Below, in pieces: positions 50,734 through 61,489 of a stretch of DNA of 64,000 nt. How positions within the stretch are numbered: position 1 is the stretch's first letter; each line of letters begins with the position of its first letter. The position numbers and the translations under genes are program-made. The stretch comes from an uncultured delta proteobacterium (GTDB taxonomy: Bacteria; Desulfobacterota; Desulfobacteria; Desulfobacterales; JAFDCJ01): positions 64,001 through 128,000 of the forward strand of contig CAVYNY010000017.1 of assembly GCA_963769935.1 (NCBI GenBank), given 5' to 3'. A model generated the notes under the pieces. The model was not told the DNA's origin. It did no database searches and saw nothing but the letters and a program-made list of their open reading frames with translations.

Positions 50734-51675
50734 TTGACTACCGCCGCGGATCATAACAGCATGCGGATGGCTGTATTTAGACTTTTGGCAGGGGCCGTCA
50801 TGATCAGCTTCTCAGGGGTGTGGGTTAAGGTCAGTCATGTGACGCCGGCGTCATCGGCCTTTTACCGCGTCCTTTTCGGCGATCTCCTGCTGCTGGCAGC
50901 GGCAATCTGGCGCCGAGAAGTCAAATGGCCCAGTATCCGGCAGCTGGCCCTGGCAACGACCAGCGGGTCCTTTCTGGCTCTGGATCTGCTTTTTTATCAT
51001 TCCAGCATTTTTTACGTCGGCCCCGGCCTGGGGACCATCCTGCCCAATTTTCAGGTATTCATCCTGGCGGCCGTCGGGATTCTTTTTCTCGGCGAAAAGC
51101 TTCGCTGGTCGCTCCTGACAGCGATTCCCCTGGCATTTGCAGGATTGTTTCTGATCGTCGGCATCGATTGGGGCGGTCTGGATGCGAGCTACAAGGTCGG
51201 CATCTACTTCGGTCTGGGGTCGGCGTTCTGCTATGCCTGGTTTCTGCTGTCTTTGCGTAAACTGCAGGCCGAACAGGCGGGGGTATCGGTCTTTTTCGTG
51301 TTGATGGCGGTGTCGTTTGTCACCGCCGTTTTTTTGGCGGCGGAAATCATCCACTCAGGCGGCACATTTGCGATTCCCGATCTGCAAAGCCTGGTCGCAT
51401 TGGCGGCTTTGGGGCTGTTCAGCCAATCGCTGGGTTGGGTCATCATTACCAATGCCCTGCCGCATATCCGCGCGTCCTTGTCCGGCCTGATCCTGCTGCT
51501 GCAGCCGGCCCTGGCCTTCGTTTGGGATGTGCTGATTTTCCAGAGGCCGACCAGCACGATCAACTGGCTGGGGGTGCTGGTGGTTCTGGTTGCCGTTTAC
51601 CTGGGCACGTTAAAGCCGACGCAGAGCGCGCGCAGGGAATGCAGTAAAAAAGACCTCGAGGATCCTCTAATATAG
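50734..51675 (+). CDS. DMT/EamA-family transporter (start may be 50761)
   Basis: Ten TM segments; GAVMISFS, LFLGEK and LLLQPAL motifs. Confidence 0.88.
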   Translation: MTTAADHNSMRMAVFRLLAGAVMISFSGVWVKVSHVTPASSAFYRVLFGDLLLLAAAIWRREVKWPSIRQLALATTSGSFLALDLLFYHSSIFYVGPGLGTILPNFQVFILAAVGILFLGEKLRWSLLTAIPLAFAGLFLIVGIDWGGLDASYKVGIYFGLGSAFCYAWFLLSLRKLQAEQAGVSVFFVLMAVSFVTAVFLAAEIIHSGGTFAIPDLQSLVALAALGLFSQSLGWVIITNALPHIRASLSGLILLLQPALAFVWDVLIFQRPTSTINWLGVLVVLVAVYLGTLKPTQSARRECSKKDLEDPLI

Positions 51676-51785
51676 GCGGTCGGGACGATCTCGCATCTCT
51701 ATCAATTCGAACTTCAAGCATTTACTCGCCGGCAATCTTACAGCTGATGGAAATACCCGCCGAGCCGGACCCGTCAATAGCTAAA

Positions 51786-52310
51786 TTAAATGTCAAACTT
51801 AAATTGACGCATATATTCTCCAAGCCGCTGTTTTTTTTCAGCACTCAACGACGGACAATCCGCCGGGCCTTTCGCATCCTCGGCCATGCGGGCGGCAAAC
51901 ACCATGCAGGTTGGCTCGCCGCATTCCTTGCAGTTGGTCTTCGGCAGCAGTTTGAGAATCTCGATCAGTTGGGGTTTGGGTGCGCCTTCATAGCTGGGTT
52001 CAATCCCATTTCGGTTTTCCCAGGCATCGTTGATTTCCCGCTGCAGCCACGCGAGGATCTTGTCGGCTTCGTCCTCGTCTTTGAGAGCATTAATTGCGAT
52101 TTTGCAGCCGTGCACGGTAATAAGCTTGCCCTGTGATCGAAATATAACCGCCGGCGGATCCTTGAGGTAATCAAAACCGCCGAGGACGGCATTCAGATAG
52201 GGCAGCACCGCCGAAATATCCTGCTCCAGATGGGCGATGCAGTGCACGGATTCAAAGCTCGGGTTGCACTCGGGTCTGAATATTTCTTTGGAATAGCTTT
52301 TTAGCAACAT
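51786..52310 (-). CDS. Putative Fe-S-binding protein
   Basis: LLPKTNCKECGEPTCMVFA...CP motif of the Fe-S domain also found in RnfB/AcsC N-termini. Confidence 0.85.
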   Translation of the reverse strand: MLLKSYSKEIFRPECNPSFESVHCIAHLEQDISAVLPYLNAVLGGFDYLKDPPAVIFRSQGKLITVHGCKIAINALKDEDEADKILAWLQREINDAWENRNGIEPSYEGAPKPQLIEILKLLPKTNCKECGEPTCMVFAARMAEDAKGPADCPSLSAEKKQRLGEYMRQFKFDI

Positions 52311-52416
52311 GACCGATACTCCTTGAGTGGTTGGTTTAGGGTTAACTTAACCGTGTTTTCATTTTTTCACTGGCTTTAGTTATGATCATTCATTTCGACT
52401 CAAGCAATTGAAGCGA

Positions 52417-53549
52417 TCAATATTCGACTTTGACAATCACCAGGGTGATGTCGTCTTCCTGTTTCCGGGCGCCTCGGAAATTCTGTACAGCATTCAATAT
52501 TGCCTCTTTAATAGCCTTTGCCGACTTGCCGGCCTGCGCCCGGACAATCTCCCGCAGCCTTTCTTTGCCGAACAATTCGCCTTTTATGTTCTGCGTCTCC
52601 CACAGTCCGTCGGTTCCGAAGACAAATATTTGCTCCGGTCTGATCTCTCGTCGGTATTCTGCGTAAGCTACATTTTTGGAAACACCCATGGCCATTCCCT
52701 GGCCTCCCAATTCCTCAAAAATACTCATATGCGGATCATAAACAATTGCCGGGTCGTGGCCGGCTCTGACCCAGCGCACGCTTTTTGCCTGGAAGTCGAA
52801 TTGTGCGTAAAACAAGGTCATAAACCGGCCGGAGTCGCCGACGTCCAGGCAGAGCTGATGGTTGATGTCGGAAAGATCGCAGCGATGCAACCCGGAAATG
52901 CTGCCCTCTGATGCAGCAAGGCCCGGGCGGTAGCCATTAGCAGGGCTGCGGAGATGCCGTGTCCGGTGACATCGCCGATGACCACCCCGAATTTGCCGGC
53001 CTTGTGCTCAGCGATAGTCAAGTAATCGAAATAATCACCACCTACCCGTCGCAATAAATGCAGCTGCCGGAAACATCCAGTCCGGGAGCCTCCGGATCTG
53101 ATTGGGGCAAAAGGCTGCGTTGCACTTCGGTTGCCAGCGCCATTGAGTGCTCCACGCGGACGTTCTTTTGCAGAGCGGGCCGATGGTATTGAAAACGCGT
53201 CCAAGCTCGCCGAATTCATCCCGCGAGCGGATATCCACCCGGGTGTTAAAATTCCCGCAGCCAAGTGCCGAACGCCTTGAGTCAGTATCCGGAGACGTTG
53301 GGTGACGGTTCGCGAAAACAATAAGGCAAGCGCCGCAGCAATTAGAATCATTGCCAGCATCAAATACAGAGAAAAGTCAAATTGGTTGGAAATGAGCTAA
53401 TTGACAAGCGGCTCCCGGACCAGTGGTGTTTGCCTGATCAGTTCATTGCCGAGTTTGTGCAGGTGCATAAAACCAAATGTCCTTAAGGCCAGCGGCGGAA
53501 TAATCGCAACCACCAGCAGTATGATAAGCAGCTTCCAGCGGTATCTCAT
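52417..53549 (-). pseudogene. HAMP-SpoIIE (PP2C) phosphatase, multiply frameshifted, periplasmic region largely missing
   Basis: MRYRWKLL TM, HAMP (DIRSRDEFGELG), VGGDYFD, GDVTGHG, RAGHDP, TDGLWE and EDDITLV spread over four ORFs. Confidence 0.8.
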
Positions 53550-54027
53550 GGTTTTCCTTCGGGGGTATACCCCTGTTAAAACAGATGGTCCCGGGGTGCC
53601 ATGTGCGCTCAACAGACAAGGCGGTCCGAACACCTGCCGGATTCAGCGAACGCCCTCTGTACCGGGCATCTGTGAGCAGCCCGTTGCCTGAGCGGACGGA
53701 TGATCTTCCAGCCAGTATTTTAAATTACCCAGCATAACCGCTAAATTTCTTCATGGATAAATTCTTCCTCGCTGATGTTCAATACCATCGGCAACTCCTT
53801 CATACTGTCGGATTCCGGAGGACCATAATGAGCAGAGGCAACAAAAATATTTTGATTTGCCGGCTTATCATCACTTTTCCTGTTACTCCTTTCGGGCCTT
53901 TTTTTGTTCGGCCTATCGTCATTTTCCTTCCTCCCCTGAGTCATCAGGCAAAACATCTCGCATCGGATTCATAAATTCCGACTGGCTGCATTTTTAATGA
54001 TCCTTCGCAGGCCTTTGAAGGTTCAGG

Positions 54028-55116
54028 CTATGGTTCAGAGCAATATTTCTTTCCTCTTCCTTCCGAAATTTCGCACAACATGCCGCCGTTGCCGCATTGG
54101 GCGGTCTCAAACTGCAAAACGGGATGATCAATGCCGAAGCTGTGAAATAAAGCATGACGAATTTTTTGACCGATTTGCTCGGTCCGGCTTACGGGTTGAT
54201 CCGCCACCTCTATGTGGCAGGAAAAAGCAACGCTGGTTGAAGACACATTCCAGGCATGCATGTAGTGGATGCCCACAATATCCGGCAGTTTCAAAAGTTG
54301 CTTTCTGATCTGTTCAAGATCGAGTCCCTTGGGGGTGGCATTCATCAGAACCAACCCGGATTCTTTTAAAATTCCCCAGCAATTCTCCAAAATAAAGAGC
54401 ACAATCAGAATCGACAACACCGGGTCCAGCCAGTACCAGGGTTTAAAGATCAACACCACGCCGTTGATGAAGACGACCACCGAGGTGAGCAGGTCTCCCA
54501 GCATGTGCCAAAAGGCTCCGCGGACATTCAGGCTGTGTTTCGAATCCCGGTGCAGCAGCCAGGCCGAAAGACCATTGCCGGCTATACCGACCGCCGCCAG
54601 TCCCATAACCAGCCGTCCAATCACCGGCTGCGGATTCTGAAACCGCTGGATGGCTTCGAAAACAATGAAGGCGGCTGCTCCCACCAGTATTACCACATTG
54701 ATCTGGGCCGCCAGAATTTCAGCACGGCGATAGCCGAACGTGTTTTGCACCGTTGCTCCCTTTCGACCGATACGAAAAGCGATATAGGATATCAATATGG
54801 CGCCTGAGTCGCTGAAATTGTGAATTGCGTCCGAAATCAGCGCCACACTATTGGCCAAAACCCCTCCGATGATCTGGGCGATAGGGATAATAAGATTCAA
54901 GCCCAGGGTCATCAAAAGACGGGATCCGCTGGTATCTTCCATGTTCACATGGTGATGCGAATGGCTGTGTGCATGGCTATCTGTCGCTTCATCCTCCTTC
55001 TGGTGGATTTGCGTTGAAGACAAATACTCCAGGTGATTGTCGATATGGATGTCGGTGTTCTTATTCATTTGTGGTATATTCCGCTTCATGTTTAGGCTGT
55101 GGTCGGATTTCATCAT
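54028..55116 (-). CDS. CDF-family cation efflux transporter (CzcD/ZitB-like) with His-rich N-terminus; start uncertain
   Basis: HSHAHSHSHHH, ALISDAIHNFSD, TFGYRRAE and HMLGD motifs. Confidence 0.9.
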   Translation of the reverse strand: MMKSDHSLNMKRNIPQMNKNTDIHIDNHLEYLSSTQIHQKEDEATDSHAHSHSHHHVNMEDTSGSRLLMTLGLNLIIPIAQIIGGVLANSVALISDAIHNFSDSGAILISYIAFRIGRKGATVQNTFGYRRAEILAAQINVVILVGAAAFIVFEAIQRFQNPQPVIGRLVMGLAAVGIAGNGLSAWLLHRDSKHSLNVRGAFWHMLGDLLTSVVVFINGVVLIFKPWYWLDPVLSILIVLFILENCWGILKESGLVLMNATPKGLDLEQIRKQLLKLPDIVGIHYMHAWNVSSTSVAFSCHIEVADQPVSRTEQIGQKIRHALFHSFGIDHPVLQFETAQCGNGGMLCEISEGRGKKYCSEP

Positions 55117-55433
55117 CTCCTCGTTAGTCGCCTCATAAATAGGGCGAATTTCTCATTCGGAGGGATTTGTCTTTTTGATAATGCGATGAATGCTTTTTAC
55201 CGGACGGATCGATTGTTATGATCCACTGCTTTGGGGAGAAAATGTAGATCAGATTAGAAGGCAGGTAGTTAATAAATAGATCGGCGTCGATTTTTTTATG
55301 ATCGCTCCAGAAATTAACTGCCAGCAAAAGGGTTAACAGCAAATATTGTATTCTTTGCCTGTTCTCACTATCCGTTTTATTCATTGTCGACATTTGCAGC
55401 GTATCCCCACCTTTTCCCCAAATAAGAGGATTT

Positions 55434-56141
55434 TTAAGATAATATTAGCGGATCGATAATAAAATACACTCCCAAAAGGACGATGGTAATTCCGGCTGCG
55501 CGTCGAAACCACAAACCGGCACCCTGCCAGGCGCTGCTTTCGGTCAGTTTGCGCACCATGGCCGTGGAACTGCCGGCCGCGACGATGGGAAGGCAGTGAC
55601 CCAGGGCGAAGAGGATCATCATGACCGAACCCGCGACGATTTTCTGCTGCACGGTGACGATGGCCAGGATCGGGGCGATGAAGCCGAAGGTGCAGGATCC
55701 GGACAGGATGCCGTAGGCGAGCCCCAAGCCGAACGCGCCGTGGATGCCCCGCAATTTCAACCGGTAGAGCAGCGCGCCGGACATGGAGCATGCCTGCACG
55801 CCGAGCATGCCCAGGGCCACCCAGATCAGGACGCCGCCGACAAGGATCTGCCACCATATGCCCACATCGCCCAGCATACGGCCCAGCAGGGCGCAGACGA
55901 TCCCTGCGACAGCGATGGTAATAAAAAGCCCCAAGGTGAAAGCGCCGGCATACCAGGCGGCCCGCCGGGGGTTAACGGCGCTTTCCTGCCCGCCCACATA
56001 GGCCACGATCAAGGGGATGGAGGCCAGGTGGCAGGGGGAAAACAGCACGCTGACCATACCCCAGGCAAAGGCGCCCACCGCGGCGACGGCCAAACCGCCG
56101 GTCATCCATTGATTTACGGTCAGCAGAAACTGATCAAACAT
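55434..56141 (-). CDS. ccdA: CcdA/DsbD-type membrane disulfide reductase
   Basis: SPCHLASIP and SGSCTFGFIAP conserved cysteines; six TM segments. Confidence 0.88.
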   Translation of the reverse strand: MFDQFLLTVNQWMTGGLAVAAVGAFAWGMVSVLFSPCHLASIPLIVAYVGGQESAVNPRRAAWYAGAFTLGLFITIAVAGIVCALLGRMLGDVGIWWQILVGGVLIWVALGMLGVQACSMSGALLYRLKLRGIHGAFGLGLAYGILSGSCTFGFIAPILAIVTVQQKIVAGSVMMILFALGHCLPIVAAGSSTAMVRKLTESSAWQGAGLWFRRAAGITIVLLGVYFIIDPLILS

Positions 56142-56206
56142 ATCCGCATCGATCCTTTGCTAAAAATGCCAATGGGGACTAAGCACATATTTTTTCATGA
56201 CTTTCA

Positions 56207-56596
56207 TTATTCAATTCCCATTTTTTTTAGCTGGTTGACGATCGCCTTTTCACTCATGAAACCGACATGGCGGAAGACCTCCTTGCCGTTTTCATGGAAA
56301 AATATCTGCGTGGGGATGGCCCGTATTCCAAAGCGCCGGGCCTGTTCCTTGTGCTTCCAGACATCAATGAACACAATGGCGGCTTTTTCCGCATATTGTT
56401 TTTCCATCTTCTCAATGATGGGAGTCATCATTTTGCATGGAATGCATTCAGTGGCACCCAAGTCGATCATAGTAACCTTGCCTTTGACCGGTACGTCATC
56501 GAAATCTTCGGCCATGGCGACACCGGCTGTCAAGACAGCCGCGACAAACAATAATGAGATGCTCCGCAGGCAGATGCCGGCATAATATCGATTCAT
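56207..56596 (-). CDS. Exported thioredoxin-family protein
   Basis: Signal peptide; DLGATECIPCKMM and IPTQIFF motifs. Confidence 0.9.
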   Translation of the reverse strand: MNRYYAGICLRSISLLFVAAVLTAGVAMAEDFDDVPVKGKVTMIDLGATECIPCKMMTPIIEKMEKQYAEKAAIVFIDVWKHKEQARRFGIRAIPTQIFFHENGKEVFRHVGFMSEKAIVNQLKKMGIE

Positions 56597-56794
56597 AAAT
56601 TACCCCTATCGGTCAGAAACTGATTGGTCCTTGTATCGGCGTCTACTTTTGACCAGTTGAACCTCGCACCGATATTTGCTTCTATTATCTCATATGCCTG
56701 CCAACTGAATCTTTCGGAGGAGGGAAGGCAGTGCGTTTCGCCAAAAGTAAGGTGTTAGTAAACGACCGCAGCTTGCTTTTTTAGAGCTGTACGA

Positions 56795-57220
56795 TTAGCC
56801 GCAGCAGGAGCTCGTCACACCTTTAGCCGCTGGCTCAGCCGAAGCTTTGCGAGCACACGCTGTTTGCATGGCGTTCTTGACAGTTTTGATATCTTCAGGT
56901 TTCAGGTTGAAGTCCTTGTTTTTTTCAATCCCGAGTTCGGTTACCACAATATAATTTTTAAGCGGCACCTTCGCCTGTTCAAGAATGGCTTTAGCACATC
57001 CCACCGAGCAACCGTCGATGGCCACCATTTGCGGTACATCTTTGGCAGACTGGACAAACCCGCTGAGTTGCCCGCCAATGCCGGCCAGGCAAAACATTTT
57101 GCCGAAACCCTCGCGGGTTAATTCCACCGCCGCTTGATTGGTGAGCTGTCCCACGTTGGAACCGCCCGAGCAGGCCAGGATCATAATGTTTCCATCTGGA
57201 GTACAACAATCGTTAGCCAT
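56795..57220 (-). CDS. DGC-domain putative zinc-binding protein
   Basis: CSGGSNVGQ, FCLAGIG and AIDGCSVGC motifs. Confidence 0.88.
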   Translation of the reverse strand: MANDCCTPDGNIMILACSGGSNVGQLTNQAAVELTREGFGKMFCLAGIGGQLSGFVQSAKDVPQMVAIDGCSVGCAKAILEQAKVPLKNYIVVTELGIEKNKDFNLKPEDIKTVKNAMQTACARKASAEPAAKGVTSSCCG

Positions 57221-57387
57221 GTATGGCCTCCTTTTATGCTTGTTTGTTAAAAATCTGGTACTTTGCCAAAAAAATTATTCAACCGGTGCATATCCAATTG
57301 GTGCTGACTTCATTATTGAAAGACTCTCTGTTTACATCAAAATGCCGGCGGCATTATTTACGGAAAAATCCTATGCGATCACTGGAA

Positions 57388-58620
57388 TCAGGCCGGCTCC
57401 GATTCAGCTGCCAGACGGGATGGAACGACCTGGCCGTTGATCAAAATAAAGCTCAGCATCAGCGTGATGACTAAGGCAGCGGCGTAGATCATGAACAACG
57501 CGGACAGGCCGTAGACGGATGCGATTTTTCCGCCGATGGCTGTCCCGAGACCTCCGCCGCCCATGAAGCAAAAAGCCACCAGAGACATGGCCGCCCCCCG
57601 CGCTTTGCGGGCGAACTCAGTGGCACGCGTTAAAAGGGTGGAGTGGGTGAAAATAAACCCGAGACCCAGCAATCCGATGCCGACCACCAGCCACCCGACA
57701 CTGGGGCCGAAATAATAGATGAAAAAGTCGGCCAGAGTGGCAAACATAAGCCCCAGTGTCAGGATTTTGCGGGCACCGATTTTTGGAACGAGTTTGCCGC
57801 TTAGGCGCCCGCCGACCACCGTCATCAAGCCAAAAGCCGTCATGATAATTCCGATGGTCAGGTAGTTGAAATGATGTGTTTTAGCAATGAAGGCGCCGAG
57901 ATAGGAAAAGCTGCCGATGATGAACATGCCTTCCAGCAATATCAGAATATAGGTAAACAGGCTTTTGGGATCGGCCAGAAGTTTCAAATAAGGCGCAATA
58001 AATTTACTGTCCGCATGCTTGGTATCCGGCAGCAGCTTATAGTTTTTGATGAGCATCACCATCGGAATGACGGACAGCAGGGCATAGATCGCGAACACGC
58101 CGCGCCAGTTTAAAAAATAGGCAATCGCGCCGCCGGTAACCATGCTTAAGCCCTGACCGAGAAAGGATATGCCCATGAAGTTTCCGATGGCGCCCTGTCT
58201 TTGCTCGATCGGAAAAATATCGCCGATCAACGCCAGCGATATGGGCATCACGGCCGCCGCAAAAATGCCGGTCAGCGCCCGGTAAATCGCCAGATCGGTC
58301 AAGCCAAAGCCCGCCGCACACATTCCGGTGGCGATGGTAAACAGTATCATCGAAAAAGTTATGACCTGTTTTTTGCCGTAGCGATCCGCCAGGGGACCGA
58401 AAATAATTTGAAAAATGCCAAAAGGAATCATGTAAGCGGCGATCAGAAGCCCGGCACGCTCGACTGCAACGCCTATATTTTCAGAAATCGCAGGCAGAAT
58501 GGGTGACACGACCCAGTTATCGGCCATAACAATAAATCCCAAAAAACCAAGTAAGATGACAATTCTATTTTTTTTCAACTTGACAGCTCCCTCAGGAAAT
58601 TCTGTCAGCAGGCATATCAA
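57388..58620 (-). CDS. MFS transporter (start uncertain)
   Basis: GPLADRYGKK motif A; twelve TM segments. Confidence 0.9.
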   Translation of the reverse strand: MICLLTEFPEGAVKLKKNRIVILLGFLGFIVMADNWVVSPILPAISENIGVAVERAGLLIAAYMIPFGIFQIIFGPLADRYGKKQVITFSMILFTIATGMCAAGFGLTDLAIYRALTGIFAAAVMPISLALIGDIFPIEQRQGAIGNFMGISFLGQGLSMVTGGAIAYFLNWRGVFAIYALLSVIPMVMLIKNYKLLPDTKHADSKFIAPYLKLLADPKSLFTYILILLEGMFIIGSFSYLGAFIAKTHHFNYLTIGIIMTAFGLMTVVGGRLSGKLVPKIGARKILTLGLMFATLADFFIYYFGPSVGWLVVGIGLLGLGFIFTHSTLLTRATEFARKARGAAMSLVAFCFMGGGGLGTAIGGKIASVYGLSALFMIYAAALVITLMLSFILINGQVVPSRLAAESEPA

Positions 58621-58710
58621 ACCCTTTTAACGGTAGGGTATGGACATGCCCGCTGGGTTGATTGTTGGTGTGGAACGGTATTGCTGCCTCAGCTTAATCG
58701 AAGCGTGATG

Positions 58711-58944
58711 TTATTCGGCCAACCAGGACTTAACCTCTTCTTTTTTGGGGATTTTGCCGACGCTTTTGACTTGGCCGTCAATAACAACAGCCGGCGTGCC
58801 GAACACACCGTAGCCGGCAATTTCCATAGTGTCGGTCACATGTCCGACGGTAGCATCCACGCCCGCTTCCGCTAAAGCTTCTTTAACGATTTTTTCTGTC
58901 TGTTGACATTTGGGACAACCGGGTCCAAGCACTTTGATTTCCAT
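58711..58944 (-). CDS. Small redox-active disulfide protein (thioredoxin-like)
   Basis: MEIKVLGPGCPKC..GVFGTPAVVIDG. Confidence 0.92.
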   Translation of the reverse strand: MEIKVLGPGCPKCQQTEKIVKEALAEAGVDATVGHVTDTMEIAGYGVFGTPAVVIDGQVKSVGKIPKKEEVKSWLAE

Positions 58945-59003
58945 GATGAGTACCTCCTGATTAAAAAATTTAATGTTTGACTAATTTTTTGTGGGCTTTT
59001 ATT

Positions 59004-59508
59004 TTATTGTTTCGCAAATGCATCTTGCAGCCATTGCTTTAGCTTTGTTTTGGGTGGAATTGAACCGACCGACTTGACCGCGCCGTTGACAATCAGCGCC
59101 GGGGTGCCCATCACCCCGTAGCTGCCGATTTCAGCGATGTCGGTAACGTGCTCGACATCAGCCGCCATATTCATCTCGGCCATCACCGCCATCAGATCCT
59201 GCTCCAGCTGGTTGCAGCGCGTGCAGCCGGAGCCCAGCACCTTGATTTCCAGCCCGTCCGGACCGCTGTTCTCAATTGGACGGCCGGTAAATTTTTTAAA
59301 CTCTCTTAAGAAAGCGTTGCCGTATTCCGCTTTCGACGACTCGGGAATATAGTTGCGCTTAGCGAGCCGTTTTAATAGTTCGCTACGAATTTCTTCATCG
59401 GATTGGACGGCAAACCCTTCAGCCACTTCGGTTAGAACAGGCTTCAGCCCGATAATGCCGGTGCGATCCCCTCCGACTTTTGATTTGAGTGATTTCATCT
59501 GAAGTCAT
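59004..59508 (-). CDS. Thioredoxin-like protein with N-terminal extension (likely +1 slip near 59480)
   Basis: C-terminal IKVLGSGCTRC..GVMGTPAL; probable true start MTSDEITQIK at 59508. Confidence 0.8.
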
Positions 59509-59536
59509 GATATTATTTTCTTCTCCGTTTAAGTGG

Positions 59537-60925
59537 TTAAGCGAAAAAATGGCCGAAAATCATGCCGCTGATAGTGGCCATGACCACCACCAGGCTCACA
59601 AAGGCCACCGTCTTCTTAGTACCCATGATACTTCGGATCACCAGCATGTTGGGCAGGCTCAGAGCCGGACCGGCCAGAAGCAGCGCCAGGGCCGGACCCT
59701 GCCCCATTCCGGCGCCGAGAAGACCTTGCAGAATCGGTACCTCGGTCAGCGTGGCAAAGTACATAAATGCGCCGACTACCGATGAGAACAGGTTGGCCCC
59801 CAGGGAATTGCCACCCACCAGTCCGGCGACCCACTTGGATGGAATCAGGCCTTCCGAGCCGGGTCGGCCGAGTAAAAGACCTGCAACCAGCACCCCGCCG
59901 AACAGCAGCGGGGTAATCAGCTTGGCAAAATCCCAGGTGGACGTAAACCAGGATTCGGTTTCCCCGCGGGTGGTGGTCAGCAGCACCACCAATGCAATGA
60001 TGCCGGCCGCAAAGGCAATCAGGGGCCGGTGCGGGAAAACAAATGCCAGGACCAGAACGGCGGCGGCGGCTAGGACGACTTTAATAGCTTTTACGCGGAA
60101 CCATTTGGTCAGCAGCACGCCGAGCGCAATCGCAAAAAACCCCGTCAGCCACCACTTGACGCCGTAGACCGTATTCCAAAACCCCACCGGTTGTTCGGGT
60201 TTGCCCCAGGTGGCAAAGATCAGAACTCCCACCATGCAGGCAAAATAGATCACATTCTGCCACAGCGGCCGCTCCACTTCCTGCTCCGGCAGGTGCAGGG
60301 CTGCCTGGGCCTTGGCCTGCTCTTCCTTGCGGAACATGAGATGCATGATCAGGCCGATGACCACGCTGAACAGCACGGCTCCCACGGCCCGGGCCACGCC
60401 GAGGGGCAGCCCGAGCACCCTGGCGGTCAAGACGATCGCCAGCACGTTGATCGCCGGGCCGGAATACAGAAACGCAATGGCCGGGCCGAGGCCGGCGCCG
60501 CGCTTCCAGATACCGGCGAAAAGCGGCAGCACCGTGCAGGAGCAGACCGCCAGGATGGAGCCCGACACGGAGGCCACTCCATAGGACATGACCTTTTTGG
60601 CGCCGGCCCCCAGGTATTTCATGACCGCGGCCTGGGACACGAATACGGAAATGGCGCCGGCGATGAAAAAGGCCGGCACCAGGCACAGCAGCACGTGCTC
60701 CTGGGCGTACCACTTGACTAAAGCCAACGACTCGATCACCGCGCCGGTAAATCGGCTATTGTTTATCGGAAGCCAGAAAAATATAAGAAAAACGCCGATA
60801 ATGAGACTTAAAGGCTTCCATATGGCTTTCCAATCGATTGAGCTGGGTTGGGTGTCAACCTTTTCAACCTTAGAGGATTGTTTGATGCCGGCCCTATGTT
60901 CAGTAACTGCGGATGGTTCACTCAT
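59537..60925 (-). CDS. ArsP-like (DUF318) permease
   Basis: HVLLCLVPAFFIAGAI, VCSCTVLPLF, FLYSGPAIN, FMYFATLTEVP and GPALSLP motifs. Confidence 0.88.
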   Translation of the reverse strand: MSEPSAVTEHRAGIKQSSKVEKVDTQPSSIDWKAIWKPLSLIIGVFLIFFWLPINNSRFTGAVIESLALVKWYAQEHVLLCLVPAFFIAGAISVFVSQAAVMKYLGAGAKKVMSYGVASVSGSILAVCSCTVLPLFAGIWKRGAGLGPAIAFLYSGPAINVLAIVLTARVLGLPLGVARAVGAVLFSVVIGLIMHLMFRKEEQAKAQAALHLPEQEVERPLWQNVIYFACMVGVLIFATWGKPEQPVGFWNTVYGVKWWLTGFFAIALGVLLTKWFRVKAIKVVLAAAAVLVLAFVFPHRPLIAFAAGIIALVVLLTTTRGETESWFTSTWDFAKLITPLLFGGVLVAGLLLGRPGSEGLIPSKWVAGLVGGNSLGANLFSSVVGAFMYFATLTEVPILQGLLGAGMGQGPALALLLAGPALSLPNMLVIRSIMGTKKTVAFVSLVVVMATISGMIFGHFFA

Positions 60926-61015
60926 TTTTGTATTTCCTTTCTCCCTTATGATCCATGCTGAATCTATAAAATTTATCTGAATATTTAAGTCGGGGGGCAG
61001 TGTTTAATAAAACGC

Positions 61016-61037
61016 TATATGCATATTTAACGATATA
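61016..61037. promoter_or_regulatory. ArsR-type operator upstream of the permease
   Basis: TATATGC-N8-CGATATA; reverse complement closely matches 61407-61430. Confidence 0.6.
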
Positions 61038-61052
61038 TTAAAATAAAAAAAA

Positions 61053-61397
61053 TTAGCCCCGGCAGATATCGATTCGGTTTATAAAAGGTGCTTTTTTCAT
61101 CATTTCTGCGATTTCAGCATCTTCGTTCAACCAGTGCTGAAGATTGCCAAGCAGACTGGCGGCATAGGGGCTACTCTTGCCGTTGGCAAGGGAATAGTTT
61201 ACCCACAAGCCTTCTTTCCTATAGTCAACCAACCCGGCCTCTTCGAGTATTTTCAGGTGCTTGGATACCGTCGGCTGAGCCAGCTTTAATGCCGCCTGAA
61301 GCTCACAAACGCACATAAATTTTTGCTGCAGCAGCTTGATAATTTTGACCCGATTTGGGTCAGACAACGCTTTCATGACTTTCACAAATGATTTCAT
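61053..61397 (-). CDS. arsR: ArsR-family repressor
   Basis: KALSDPNRVKII, MCVCEL and QPTVSKHLKILEEAGLV motifs. Confidence 0.93.
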   Translation of the reverse strand: MKSFVKVMKALSDPNRVKIIKLLQQKFMCVCELQAALKLAQPTVSKHLKILEEAGLVDYRKEGLWVNYSLANGKSSPYAASLLGNLQHWLNEDAEIAEMMKKAPFINRIDICRG

Positions 61398-61407
61398 GAT
61401 AACCTCA

Positions 61408-61452
61408 TATATCGTTAAAATAGAATATAGTCGGTCTCGCCACTTTTGTCAA
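61408..61452 (-). promoter_or_regulatory. arsR promoter with overlapping 7-8-7 operator
   Basis: Minus strand TTGACA-17 bp-TATATT; TATATCG-N8-GAATATA at 61408-61429. Confidence 0.7.
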
Positions 61453-61489
61453 ATCTTTTTTGCAAAAATTAATACCGAAATTCTAAACC

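Noticed and set aside
55133..55393. 86-aa ORF between ccdA and the CDF gene (also 53741-53956, 38821-39021)
   Set aside because: No recognisable motif; cannot be supported as real genes.
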